From NCBI RefSeq assembly GCF_965216085.1, contig NZ_OZ244138.1:5121377-5185376 (forward strand): a stretch of 64,000 nucleotides of DNA, given 5' to 3'. The stretch is from Roseibium sp. Lineage in GTDB: Bacteria; Pseudomonadota; Alphaproteobacteria; Rhizobiales; Stappiaceae. This document shows, piece after piece, positions 44,303-55,579 of this stretch; the stretch's first letter is position 1, and every line of letters starts with the position of its first letter. A program made the position numbers and the translations under genes. The notes under the pieces are model-generated. The model was not told the DNA's origin. It saw nothing but the letters and a program-made list of their open reading frames with translations, and made no database searches.

Positions 44303-44608
44303 ATGAACGATATGAGCCGCTCAGGTTTTCCAGATGTCTCTGCTGCGTTTGAGAAAGAGCGCCAGGCTCCGCGGTCCAGCTCCGTTGGCATCGATTATGA
44401 CCGCTATCAAGAAATCCTGGATGATCCAAATATATCATCGGATCAGCAGCAGCAAATCATTATGGCCCTCTGGTCAATCCTGACCGCCTTTGTTCACCTA
44501 GGGTATGAAGTTCATCCAATTCAGCAGGCATGTGGACAATCGGACTCTAAACTTGATTTAGAAAGAAAAACAGATTCGACTGAGGTAGAATTACAACTAG
44601 ATAACTAG
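44303..44608 (+). CDS. hypothetical protein immediately upstream of the serine recombinase
   Basis: 101-aa ORF with an AAAGGAGAAAGG RBS. No motif was recognised. Confidence 0.45.
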   Translation: MNDMSRSGFPDVSAAFEKERQAPRSSSVGIDYDRYQEILDDPNISSDQQQQIIMALWSILTAFVHLGYEVHPIQQACGQSDSKLDLERKTDSTEVELQLDN

Positions 44609-44662
44609 ATCAGAAGGCGAAATTTGCCTTCAGCTTAACGATACTCACAAGGAATTTGATAA

Positions 44663-46264
44663 ATGAACACAAACACAAAGAAGGAAAGCGAGGTTCAATC
44701 GGCGTTAATTTACTGCCGCGTATCTTCAACAAAGCAGAAAACAAGCGGCTCAGGCCTGGAAAGCCAGGAACACCGCTGCCGTCAATATGCGCAAGAAAAG
44801 AACTATCATGTCGAAATGGTGTTTCCAGACGACGTAAGCGGTGGTGGAGACTTTATGCAACGCCCGGGAATGCGGGCAATGCTGGCCTATCTCGATGCGC
44901 AAAAAGACAAGTCCTATGTCGTCATCTTCGATGATCTAAAGAGGTTTGCCCGCGATACGGAGTTCCACATAAGGCTTCGACGGGAGTTTGATGCACGCGG
45001 GGCGTCTATTGAGTGTTTGAACTTCAATTTTGAAGACACACCCGAGGGTCGCTTTATCGAGACCGTTATCGCGGCACAAGGGCAGTTGGAACGCGAACAA
45101 AACCGCCGCCAGGTTATTCAAAAAATGAAAGCACGCCTTGAGAAGGGCTACTACGTCTTTTGTCCGCCAGTTGGCTACAAGTACGGCAAAGACCGGCTTC
45201 ACGGTAAAATTCTGATCCGCGACGAGCCGGCTGCAACTTACGTGACTGAAGTCCTGGAAGGGTACGCCAACGGCCTCTTTAGTTCTCAGACTGAGATTGG
45301 CCGTTATCTGGAATCAAAGCCGGACTTTCCGACTGGAACCGCTAACGGCAAGATGCGGATCACAAAAGTCACTGAGATGCTGGAGTGGCCCACTTACGCA
45401 GGCTATGTCGAGGCTGCCAAGTGGGAAGTCTCGCTTCGAAAGGGCCACCATGAGCCGTTGATCAGCTTCGATACCCATGAACGCATTCAAAAGCGACTTA
45501 AAGGCGTGACAACCGCACCTGCGTGAAAGGACATTAATCAGGACTTTCCACTGCGCGGCTTTGTGCTGTGTGATGATTGCGGCGAGCCACTGACGTCCTG
45601 TTGGAGTAAGGGACGCAACAAGCGCTATCCCTATTATCTGTGCGACACGCCTAACTGCCCTTCAAAACGCAAATCGGTTCCACGTGCCAAGATCGAGCAA
45701 GGGGCTGAAGATATTCTGAAAGGCCTTCAACCAGGCAAAAAGCTGTTTGAGCTGGCGAGAACCATGTTTATCGACATATGGGAAATGCGCCATGTCGAGG
45801 CTGAAAACGCTCAGAAGGCCCTGAAAAAACAAGCAAATGACGCCCAGAAGGAAATCGACAAGCTGCTTGGGCGCATTTTGGACGCTACAAGCTCCACATT
45901 AATCAACACGTATGAAGCCAAGATCGAAAAGCTGGAACGAGACAAGATTCGCCTCACAGAACAAGCCGATCGCTGTATCCCTCCCAGAGGACACCTGTAG
46001 GAATTTATCGAACACGCTCTAATGTTCCTGGCAAGTCCTTGGGATTTATACAAAAAAGGCAGTTTTGCACTCAAGATAACGGTGTTGAAATTGGCCTTTG
46101 CAGAGCCTCTAAGATATAGCCGGGAAAACGGTTATCGAACCGCTAAAACAGCCTTTCCATTCAAGGTGTTAGCGGATTTTAACTTGCTAAAGTGCGGTAT
46201 GGTGGAGCCTAGGGGAATCGAACCCCTGACCTCTTCGCTGCCAGCGAAGCGCTCTCCCAGCTGA
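44663..46264 (+). pseudogene. large serine recombinase with two in-frame stop codons
   Basis: Resolvase domain with the catalytic Ser (LIYCRVSSTKQ). After TGA 45524-45526 the same frame continues KDINQDFPLRGFVLCDDCGEPLTSCWSKG...YPYYLC (recombinase zinc ribbon). After TAG 45998-46000 it continues EFIEHALMFLASPWDLYKKGSFALKITVLKLAFAEPLRYSRENGYRT (conserved tail). All three pieces share one reading frame. Confidence 0.8.
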
Positions 46265-46275
46265 GCTAAGGCCCC
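46200..46275 (-). tRNA. tRNA-Ala (anticodon GGC)
   Basis: The reverse complement is GGGGCCTTAGCTCAGCTGGGAGAGCGCTTCGCTGGCAGCGAAGAGGTCAGGGGTTCGATTCCCCTAGGCTCCACCA. It folds as a cloverleaf with the G3:U70 Ala identity pair, anticodon loop CT-GGC-AG, a GTTCGATTC T-loop and an encoded CCA. Confidence 0.9.
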
Positions 46276-46423
46276 ATTTAATTTCCAACGGCTGGGTCAC
46301 CGTCGGCTGATGGAGGCGGAACATAGTCACACCTCCGAACAAGATCAAGCAGAAATTTACAGGAATTTCTGCAAGCCTTGTGGAAAAGGAGAAACAGGTA
46401 AAAACACCTGTTTCTCCAACGCC

Positions 46424-46819
46424 TTACTGATCGCCGTCGTCGTCGACCGCGACCCGGATGCCCGGAACGGCATCGTCGTCTTCGTCGTCTTCATCGATAA
46501 AGACGTCATCATCGGAACTGTCATCGTCGATCTCAACGTCATCACCGTCGAGGTCCGGCACATCATCGCCGCCTTCAGCTTCCGCATCCGCTTCTTCCAG
46601 CGTTACGATTTCCGGCGCCGCTGCGTCGTCCTCTTCGTCATCGTCTTCCGGTTTTTCTGCCGCCTTAGCCGCTTTCGCCGCGCGGGAGGTCATCACCGCT
46701 TCAAAGATGGTACCGCATTTCGGGCAGGTAATCGGGTCGCGGTTGAGATCGTAATATTTGGCGCCGCAGCCCGGGCACAGCCGCTTTGTGCCAAGTTCAG
46801 GTTTTGCCACTGTGCTCAC
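46424..46819 (-). CDS. FYDLN_acid (TIGR02300) family zinc-ribbon protein with an acidic tail
   Basis: LGTKRLCPGCGAKYYDLNRDPITCPKCGTIFE followed by a D/E-rich tail. This family lies next to aroA-cmk-rpsA in many alphaproteobacteria. Confidence 0.8.
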   Translation of the reverse strand: MSTVAKPELGTKRLCPGCGAKYYDLNRDPITCPKCGTIFEAVMTSRAAKAAKAAEKPEDDDEEDDAAAPEIVTLEEADAEAEGGDDVPDLDGDDVEIDDDSSDDDVFIDEDDEDDDAVPGIRVAVDDDGDQ

Positions 46820-47344
46820 CCTTCATAGCTTGCATGGTCGATTTGAAAATTTGAGTTCGCCGCCCTTAGCCCTAAGAGCGGTGCGCTGTCAAAGGCAAAT
46901 CACCGTTTTTTCTGTGTCGCCCCACTTTTCTGCACGATGTGTCGCAAATTTCAAGCAGGCTCAAGGTCTTCATTCACATAAAGCATGTTTGAGACACCTA
47001 TCCCTTAATGGATGACGCCGCCGCCCTTGCATGATAGGACGTGTCACCTTTTGACAATCAAGGGTCGGGATCTATTAAATTTGATGAACTGGCGGAACAA
47101 CGGCAATGAGCTGTAAGGAAAGGCGCGAAAAGCGGGCTGATTGCCCGGTCGGGCGGTTTGACGCAGCAGATTGTAGCCGTTTTTGCGCCCCTTTGGGATA
47201 GGGTGCATTTGCTCGGCAACATCGTTGCAAATCTTTGAAAACCTGACGGTTTCCCGCAGATTTGCGCCTCGTATCCGAACAAGTTCATCCCTACCATTTC
47301 ATCAAATCTAATAGATCCTGACCCTAACAAGCTTGCGGACATAA

Positions 47345-49320
<1,976 letters not shown>

Positions 49321-49591
49321 GCATCAGATGACCCGGGGCTCACTCCAGAGTGCGCCCCTTTTCGTGCATCTGACAGGGAACCCGCCCTCAGGGCCTTTTG
49401 TTCAGAAATGGACATTATTTTTTCGGCAGGACACGTTTTGTGGCCTGTGACGAGACCGGATTTTCTGTTTCTCGCCCCGCCGGCCCGCTTTTAAGCGGCA
49501 GAACCAGACGAAACGTCGGTTCCGGGAGGTAGGACATCCGGAGTGCAACACCAACCCGCCGGCGGCGCGCCAAAAGGCGCTAGGAGTATCT

Positions 49592-51289
49592 ATGACTGAT
49601 TTTAATCCCTCCATGGAAGACTTTGCGGCTCTTCTTGAAGAGTCCTTCGTCCAAAACGACCTCTACGAAGGTGCTGTTGTCAAAGGCACCGTCGTCGCCA
49701 TCGAAAAAGACCTGGCTGTTATCGACGTTGGTCTGAAAGTTGAAGGTCGCGTGCCGCTGAAGGAATTCGGCGCAAAAGGCCGCGACGGCGAAATGGGTGT
49801 CGGCGACGAAGTCGAAGTTTACCTGGAGCGTGTCGAAAACGCCCTCGGCGAAGCCGTTCTGTCGCGCGAAAAAGCACGCCGCGAAGAGAGCTGGGTTCGT
49901 CTGGAAGTGGCTTTCGAAGCCAACGAAAAAGTCAACGGCCAGATCTTCAACCAGGTCAAGGGCGGCTTCACCGTCGATCTGGATGGCGCTGTTGCCTTCC
50001 TGCCGCGCTCTCAAGTGGACATCCGTCCGGTGCGCGACGTCACTCCGCTGATGCACACACCGCAGCCGTTCCAGATCCTGAAAATGGACAAGCGCCGCGG
50101 CAACATCGTTGTGTCCCGCCGTGTTGTTCTGGAAGAAACCCGTGCCGAGCAGCGTTCGGAACTGGTCCAGAGCCTGGAAGAGGGTCACACTGTCGAGGGT
50201 GTCGTCAAGAACATCACCGACTACGGTGCATTCGTCGATCTCGGCGGCATCGATGGCCTGCTGCACGTCACCGACATCGCGTGGCGCCGCATCAACCATC
50301 CGTCCGAAGTTCTCACGATCGGTCAGACCGTCAAGGTTCAGATCATCCGCGTCAACCAGGACACACATCGCATCAGCCTTGGCATGAAGCAGCTTGAAGC
50401 TGATCCGTGGGATGGCATCGAAGCCAAGTACCCGATCGAAGCCAAGTTCAACGGCCGCGTGACCAACATCACCGACTACGGTGCTTTCGTCGAACTGGAG
50501 CCGGGCATCGAAGGCCTGATCCACGTTTCCGAAATGTCCTGGACCAAGAAGAACGTCCATCCGGGCAAGATCGTTTCCACTTCTCAGGAAGTCGAAGTGA
50601 TGATCCTGGAAGTCGACCCGGTCAAGCGCCGCATTTCTCTGGGCCTCAAGCAGACCCTGCAGAACCCGTGGGATGCGTTTGCTGAGCAGTTCCCGATCAA
50701 CACCGAAGTTGAAGGTGAAGTGAAGAACAAGACCGAATTCGGTCTCTTCATCGGCCTCGACGGCGACGTTGACGGCATGGTTCACCTGTCTGACCTCGAC
50801 TGGAACCGTCCGGGCGAGCAGGTCATCGAAGAGTATCAGAAGGGCAACATGGTCAAGGCCATCGTCCTGGATGTTGACGTTGAGAAAGAGCGCATCTCTC
50901 TCGGCATCAAGCAGCTCTCCGGCGATCCGATGGAAACCGGTGCTGCTGGCGAGATCCGCAAGAACTCTGTTGTGACCTGTGAAGTCATCGAAATCAAAGA
51001 CGGTGGTCTGGACGTCAAGATCGCAGACAGCGATCTGACTGCCTTCATCCGCCGCGCTGACCTGTCCCGTGACCGGGATGAGCAGCGTCCGGAGAAGTTC
51101 TCCGTCGGCGACAAGTTCGATGCCCGCATCACTCAGTTCGACAAGAAGACCCGCCGCGTTTCTGCCTCCATCAAGGCGCTGGAAATCGCAGAAGAGAAGG
51201 AAGCTGTCGCACAGTACGGTTCTTCCGACTCCGGCGCGTCCCTCGGCGACATCCTGGGTGCTGCGCTGAAGCAGCAGAACGACGACTAA
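49592..51289 (+). CDS. rpsA: 30S ribosomal protein S1
   Basis: Six S1 repeats, for example G.V.GVVKNITDYGAFVDLGGIDGLLHVTD. An AGGAG RBS lies upstream. Confidence 0.95.
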   Translation: MTDFNPSMEDFAALLEESFVQNDLYEGAVVKGTVVAIEKDLAVIDVGLKVEGRVPLKEFGAKGRDGEMGVGDEVEVYLERVENALGEAVLSREKARREESWVRLEVAFEANEKVNGQIFNQVKGGFTVDLDGAVAFLPRSQVDIRPVRDVTPLMHTPQPFQILKMDKRRGNIVVSRRVVLEETRAEQRSELVQSLEEGHTVEGVVKNITDYGAFVDLGGIDGLLHVTDIAWRRINHPSEVLTIGQTVKVQIIRVNQDTHRISLGMKQLEADPWDGIEAKYPIEAKFNGRVTNITDYGAFVELEPGIEGLIHVSEMSWTKKNVHPGKIVSTSQEVEVMILEVDPVKRRISLGLKQTLQNPWDAFAEQFPINTEVEGEVKNKTEFGLFIGLDGDVDGMVHLSDLDWNRPGEQVIEEYQKGNMVKAIVLDVDVEKERISLGIKQLSGDPMETGAAGEIRKNSVVTCEVIEIKDGGLDVKIADSDLTAFIRRADLSRDRDEQRPEKFSVGDKFDARITQFDKKTRRVSASIKALEIAEEKEAVAQYGSSDSGASLGDILGAALKQQNDD

Positions 51290-51321
51290 GTTTCAGCTTC
51301 TTATTCGAAGCTATGAGACGC

Positions 51322-51350
51322 GAAAGCCCGGCAGCAATGCCGGGCTTTTT
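51322..51350 (+). terminator. rho-independent terminator after rpsA (potentially bidirectional)
   Basis: Stem agcccggc/gccgggct with a short loop followed by TTTTT. It lies between the convergent rpsA and 5'-nucleotidase genes. Confidence 0.6.
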
Positions 51351-51395
51351 GTTTAGGCCGTGTGGCCAGACGTTTTAACACCTGACCAGCTCGGA

Positions 51396-53414
51396 CTACT
51401 GAACGATCGTCAGACGGCCATCTTTTTTGGCACCTGTTTCCGGACCAACGGTTCCGGTCGCACGAATATGGGAAATCACTTCGTTGCGGTAAACGAGGCC
51501 GGTGTGCTCAAACGGCAACTGGCGCACGTCATAGCTGGCAATGTTACCTGGGACGTCCGCACCGATCGGCTTGCCGTTCCAGGTTTCCCCGAACGCTCCC
51601 AGCGCGATGTAGGTGTTGAAGGCAACGCGGAAGGTTTTGTCCAGTTGCTCGTCAAGCGGCTTTCCCTTGAGCATGATTTCAATCGCTTTGGCGTCCGAAG
51701 CTGCGGCACCCAATGCGATTTTGTAACGCAGCTCCTTGGAAAAATGAAGGAAACCGCGTGAGACAAAACCTTTCATGTCAACGCTTTCCGCTTCTTCTGG
51801 GCGCAGAAGACGCTTGGCGTTGTTGTCGAGCATTTCCTTCAGCTCAGCCCCGGTCATGGTCGCAACATGAACCGCATCGGCATAAGGCATGACGTCATAC
51901 CAGCCGCGGAAAGTCAGATCACCTTTCGCAATGCCGGCTGACAAACCGGTCGCATTGAAGATCGCGAGATCCACCGGACCACCGGGGAAGGCCTTAGACG
52001 CCTCAACCAGCGCATCATTCATGTAGTTTGCAAGCGCGACTTCACCGACATAGCGATCGGCAAAGGTCTCTTCCGAGGTTAGCCCCTTATCGCCGGAAAC
52101 CTGCCCTATCACTTCTGCGAGCTTGGTATCGAGCGCCTTGATCATCGGCGCGATATGCGCTTCCTCGAAAGCTTGATCGTAGTCTTCCGGCTGTTCGAGA
52201 GAGGCGAACTTTGGATCGTCGGAGGCTACGCGTTTGTCGCGTTTTTTGGTGGCATGCAGACCAACGGACGTGAACCAGCCTTTGCGGCCCTTGTCGGCGG
52301 CAATCGACATGGCAACATCACCCAGGAACTTGCCGTGGGCATTCGCCTGAGTGATCAGCACACCGCTGACAACGTTGTCCATGTTGATGCCGTTTTCGTT
52401 CAGCGTCGTGTGGGAATGGCCGCCGATCAGAACCACCGGTTTGTCGGTCAACGGGCCAACGGCATCCGCGATTGCAAAGTCACCTTCGCCGATGGTGCGG
52501 GACGTTGCCGCCTTGCCACTCTTGTGCTGGTCGCCGCCATAACCACAGTGTGACAGGACAACAATGACATCACAGACTTCGGACAGTGCCGGGGTCAGGT
52601 TGCGGGCGGCTTCAACAGGGCTGGCAACAGCAAGAGACGGATCGTCCGACTGACCAACGCGGGTATCAACAGCGGTCGTCAGACCAATGAAACCGATCCG
52701 GAGACCCTTCACTTCGGCAATAGCCGCTGCGACATAGTCTTCATTGCGCGCCAGGTGTTTTGACCCATGAACGTTGGCGGACAGGACTGGGAAGTCAGCG
52801 TCCCTGTCGATGCCCATTTTCAGGAGTTCCGCGCCCCGATCAAATTCGTGGTTGCCAAGAACGGCAATGTCAACACCAGCTGCGGAGTTCGCCCGGTAGC
52901 CTGCGTCAGCCACAAACTCTTCCGGCGCCCAGCCCATCAATTCATCAAAGATGGAACCGGTGTGATCGTCGCCGGCAGATACGAAAAGAACGATCTCGTC
53001 GTCCTTTGCAGCACCGCGGATGTCTTTGACCATTTTCACGATTTGTGAGAACCGGTGCGTGTCGCCCCGTTTGCCATGCATTTCTGTCAAGTGGTTGTGC
53101 ATGTCATTGAAATGCAGAACCCGAAGCACGCGACGCTCACCATCGTCAAGCGTTGGCATCGGAACAGGGTTGCCTTCTTCGGTTACGATCGTCTGGATCG
53201 GACCGGAGAGCGGATCACCCTTTAGTAGGAAAAGCCGTCCAAAGACACCATTTGCATTCGGCTGCGCCGGAACCATTGCCAGCTCGCCAAGGCCAGCTGT
53301 TGCGTGGGCTCGGAAAGAAATAATTGATGGTACAATTGTGGCTCCAGCAACGAGTGCACCTGTTTTCAAAAACGAACGGCGCGAAAGCCCAGTATTAGCT
53401 GGGTTCGACATCAT
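51396..53414 (-). CDS. periplasmic bifunctional metallophosphatase/5'-nucleotidase (UshA-like), Tat-exported
   Basis: Twin-arginine signal (LSRRSFLKTGALVAGA) plus the metallophosphoesterase motifs HFNDMHNH, SAGDDHTGS and GNHEFD. ATG 53414 has an AAGGAGG RBS. The longest-ORF start at 53651 was rejected. Confidence 0.8.
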   Translation of the reverse strand: MMSNPANTGLSRRSFLKTGALVAGATIVPSIISFRAHATAGLGELAMVPAQPNANGVFGRLFLLKGDPLSGPIQTIVTEEGNPVPMPTLDDGERRVLRVLHFNDMHNHLTEMHGKRGDTHRFSQIVKMVKDIRGAAKDDEIVLFVSAGDDHTGSIFDELMGWAPEEFVADAGYRANSAAGVDIAVLGNHEFDRGAELLKMGIDRDADFPVLSANVHGSKHLARNEDYVAAAIAEVKGLRIGFIGLTTAVDTRVGQSDDPSLAVASPVEAARNLTPALSEVCDVIVVLSHCGYGGDQHKSGKAATSRTIGEGDFAIADAVGPLTDKPVVLIGGHSHTTLNENGINMDNVVSGVLITQANAHGKFLGDVAMSIAADKGRKGWFTSVGLHATKKRDKRVASDDPKFASLEQPEDYDQAFEEAHIAPMIKALDTKLAEVIGQVSGDKGLTSEETFADRYVGEVALANYMNDALVEASKAFPGGPVDLAIFNATGLSAGIAKGDLTFRGWYDVMPYADAVHVATMTGAELKEMLDNNAKRLLRPEEAESVDMKGFVSRGFLHFSKELRYKIALGAAASDAKAIEIMLKGKPLDEQLDKTFRVAFNTYIALGAFGETWNGKPIGADVPGNIASYDVRQLPFEHTGLVYRNEVISHIRATGTVGPETGAKKDGRLTIVQ

Positions 53415-53656
53415 AACCTCCTTGGCGCTCGGCCGACTGACAGGAAAAGAACGGATGTCGTCTTTCACGGACGGGTGACAGCAAAATGAATAGCCTGATA
53501 AACAACGCGTTTCAGGAGATCTCTCTGGTCTTCGACATAGGTAGAGATGCCGGGTTTCGCTTTCCGGCACCGTCCTATAAGCTTCTAACACATTTGAATG
53601 CCTGCAGATTTCTGCAGCCGCGCACCGCTCCTCCAGACAGAATTGCGACAACCATT

Positions 53657-54085
53657 ATGACCGAAGCCAAGCAGGGTGACACGGTACGCCTCCATTACAA
53701 AGGTACGCTGGATGACGGGTCTGTCTTTGACAGTTCCGAAGGCCGGGACCCTCTGGAATTTACCGTTGGCTCGGGTCAGATCATCGTCGGCCTCGATCGC
53801 GCCATTCCGGGCATGAAGGTCGGAGACGAGAAAACCGTTAAAATTGCTGCCGAGGACGCCTACGGACCGCATGATCCGGATGCGCAGCAGACTGTTCCGC
53901 GAACTCAAATCCCTGACAGTGTTCCGCTGGAAGTTGGCATGCAGTTGCAGGGCCAGACCGCCGACGGTCAGGTGATGAGTGTGGTTGTGGTGTCTTTCAG
54001 CGACGAAGACGTTGTTCTGGACGCAAATCATCCGCTTGCCGGAAAAGACCTCACCTTCGAGATTCAAATCACCGGCATCAACTGA
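53657..54085 (+). CDS. FKBP-type peptidyl-prolyl cis-trans isomerase (SlyD/FkpB-like)
   Basis: GDTVRLHYKGTLDDGSVFDSS...PLEFTVGSGQIIVGLDRAIPGMKVGD and HPLAGKDLTFEI are present. The internal Met 53657 was chosen as the start. Confidence 0.8.
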   Translation: MTEAKQGDTVRLHYKGTLDDGSVFDSSEGRDPLEFTVGSGQIIVGLDRAIPGMKVGDEKTVKIAAEDAYGPHDPDAQQTVPRTQIPDSVPLEVGMQLQGQTADGQVMSVVVVSFSDEDVVLDANHPLAGKDLTFEIQITGIN

Positions 54086-54179
54086 TCTCTTTGGCAAAGG
54101 GGCTTGGTTTTAAAACCGCCCTATTCCATCTGTAGATTCCAAACCAGGATTTGCAATTTTCAATTGCCAAGCCTAATCA

Positions 54180-55199
54180 ATGGCAGATGGCAAACTTGGA
54201 GTTTCATACGCGATGGCGATGGATGTTGACGCAATGATTGACCGCCGGCGGTTGCGGCGGAAACTCACCTTTTGGCGGGTTGCAACGTTTATCGTGATCG
54301 CGGCGGCGCTCATTGGCGGGATCGCTTATTTCGCCGGAGCGTCCAACCTATCAAAACGTAAGGCCCATATTGCAAGGATCCCTATTGAGGGCATGATCCT
54401 TGAGAATCGCAAAACTCTGGAAATGCTCGAAAAGATTGGCAAATCCGATGCCGTTAAGGGTGTGATCGTATCAATCAACTCCCCTGGCGGCAGCACAACC
54501 GGCGGAGAAGCCATCTACGGCGCCCTGCGCAAACTTTCCGAAAAGAAACCTTTGGTCACCGAGATGCGGACAATCGGCACATCCGCCGGTTATCTGATCG
54601 CCATGTCAGCGGATCATATTGTCGCACGCTACAATACGATCACCGGTTCGATTGGGGTACTCTTCCAATTCGGCAACATCGAAAGGCTGCTCGACACTGT
54701 TGGTGTCTCTATGGAGGCCGTCAAAAGTGCTCCGCTAAAGGCTGAGCCCGATTTTTATTCACCGACCACGCCAGAAGCCCGGGCCATGCTGCAGGCGATG
54801 GTGACGGACTCTTATGACTGGTTCGTCGAAATCCTTGCAGACCGCCGGAATCTGGCGCCAAACAAGGCCCGCGAGCTCGCAGATGGGCGGGTACTTTTGG
54901 GAAATCGGGCGCTTCAGGAGAAACTGGTGGACGCGATCGGCGGTGAAGAAAAAGCCGTGGAATGGCTGGAAACCGAAAAAGGCGTTGCCAAGGATCTTCC
55001 CGTTGTGACGTGGACCTCAAAAGAGAGCATTGAGGAACTGCCATTCGCTGCCCGTGTCTCCCGAGAAGTCGGAAAAGGGCTCGGTACAGCTATAGTAGAA
55101 CCACTAAATGACGCTAAAGGGCTGATTTCTCGAGGTCTTATGCTTGACGGGCTCGTGTCGGTTTGGCAGGCTCCTGTGGCGGCAGATAACAAACCGTAA
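54180..55199 (+). CDS. sppA: signal peptide peptidase SppA (36K type)
   Basis: An N-terminal TM helix is followed by [33 protein letters not shown] and ITGSIGV (catalytic Ser region). Confidence 0.8.
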   Translation: MADGKLGVSYAMAMDVDAMIDRRRLRRKLTFWRVATFIVIAAALIGGIAYFAGASNLSKRKAHIARIPIEGMILENRKTLEMLEKIGKSDAVKGVIVSINSPGGSTTGGEAIYGALRKLSEKKPLVTEMRTIGTSAGYLIAMSADHIVARYNTITGSIGVLFQFGNIERLLDTVGVSMEAVKSAPLKAEPDFYSPTTPEARAMLQAMVTDSYDWFVEILADRRNLAPNKARELADGRVLLGNRALQEKLVDAIGGEEKAVEWLETEKGVAKDLPVVTWTSKESIEELPFAARVSREVGKGLGTAIVEPLNDAKGLISRGLMLDGLVSVWQAPVAADNKP

Positions 55200-55215
55200 G
55201 TCGAGGGGGCTCTTC

Positions 55216-55515
55216 ATGATCAAATCAGAGCTTGTTCAGCATATTGCCGAACAAAATCCACATCTCTATCAGCGGGATGTCGAAAATATCGTCAATGCAA
55301 TTCTTGATGAGATCACTGAAGCGCTCATGCGCGGCGACCGGGTCGAACTCCGAGGCTTTGGAGCCTTTTCGGTTAAGAACCGCCCAGCCCGGATCGGCCG
55401 CAATCCACGCACTGGACAAAAAGTGGAAGTGGACGAAAAACATGTCCCGTTCTTTAAAACGGGTAAGGAAATGCGTATACGGTTGAACGATGGTGTTGAC
55501 CACGGGGATGATTGA
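55216..55515 (+). CDS. ihfB: integration host factor subunit beta
   Basis: [33 protein letters not shown]...[44 protein letters not shown] is a canonical IHF-beta sequence. Confidence 0.92.
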   Translation: MIKSELVQHIAEQNPHLYQRDVENIVNAILDEITEALMRGDRVELRGFGAFSVKNRPARIGRNPRTGQKVEVDEKHVPFFKTGKEMRIRLNDGVDHGDD

Positions 55516-55579
55516 TTCCCATAAGGTCTGTCCGATCAACTGACTTTGCATTTTTGCAGATAACTCCTGGGAGACTGCC

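Noticed and set aside
45524-45526. In-frame TGA in the serine recombinase as selenocysteine or programmed readthrough
   Set aside because: Homologues have an ordinary residue here, probably Arg. No SECIS-like hairpin is evident downstream. A second in-frame stop (TAG 45998) plus nonsense codons in other island genes point to decay.
46310-46828. 172-aa plus-strand ORF, and a Ser-rich 98-aa ORF, overlapping the FYDLN_acid gene
   Set aside because: They are generated by the antisense and off-frame reading of the GAC/GAA-rich acidic tail. The minus-strand frame carries the conserved zinc-ribbon FYDLN motif.
49580-50785. 401-aa minus-strand ORF, and several other long ORFs, overlapping rpsA
   Set aside because: It is antisense to an unmistakable S1 gene. 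The translation is low-complexity and D/V/F/L-rich with no motifs, which is the typical shadow ORF of a high-codon-bias gene.
53415-53651. 79-codon upstream extension of the 5'-nucleotidase ORF
   Set aside because: It is Cys/Arg-rich and implausible as protein. The internal ATG at 53414 has an AAGGAGG RBS and starts a twin-arginine signal peptide.
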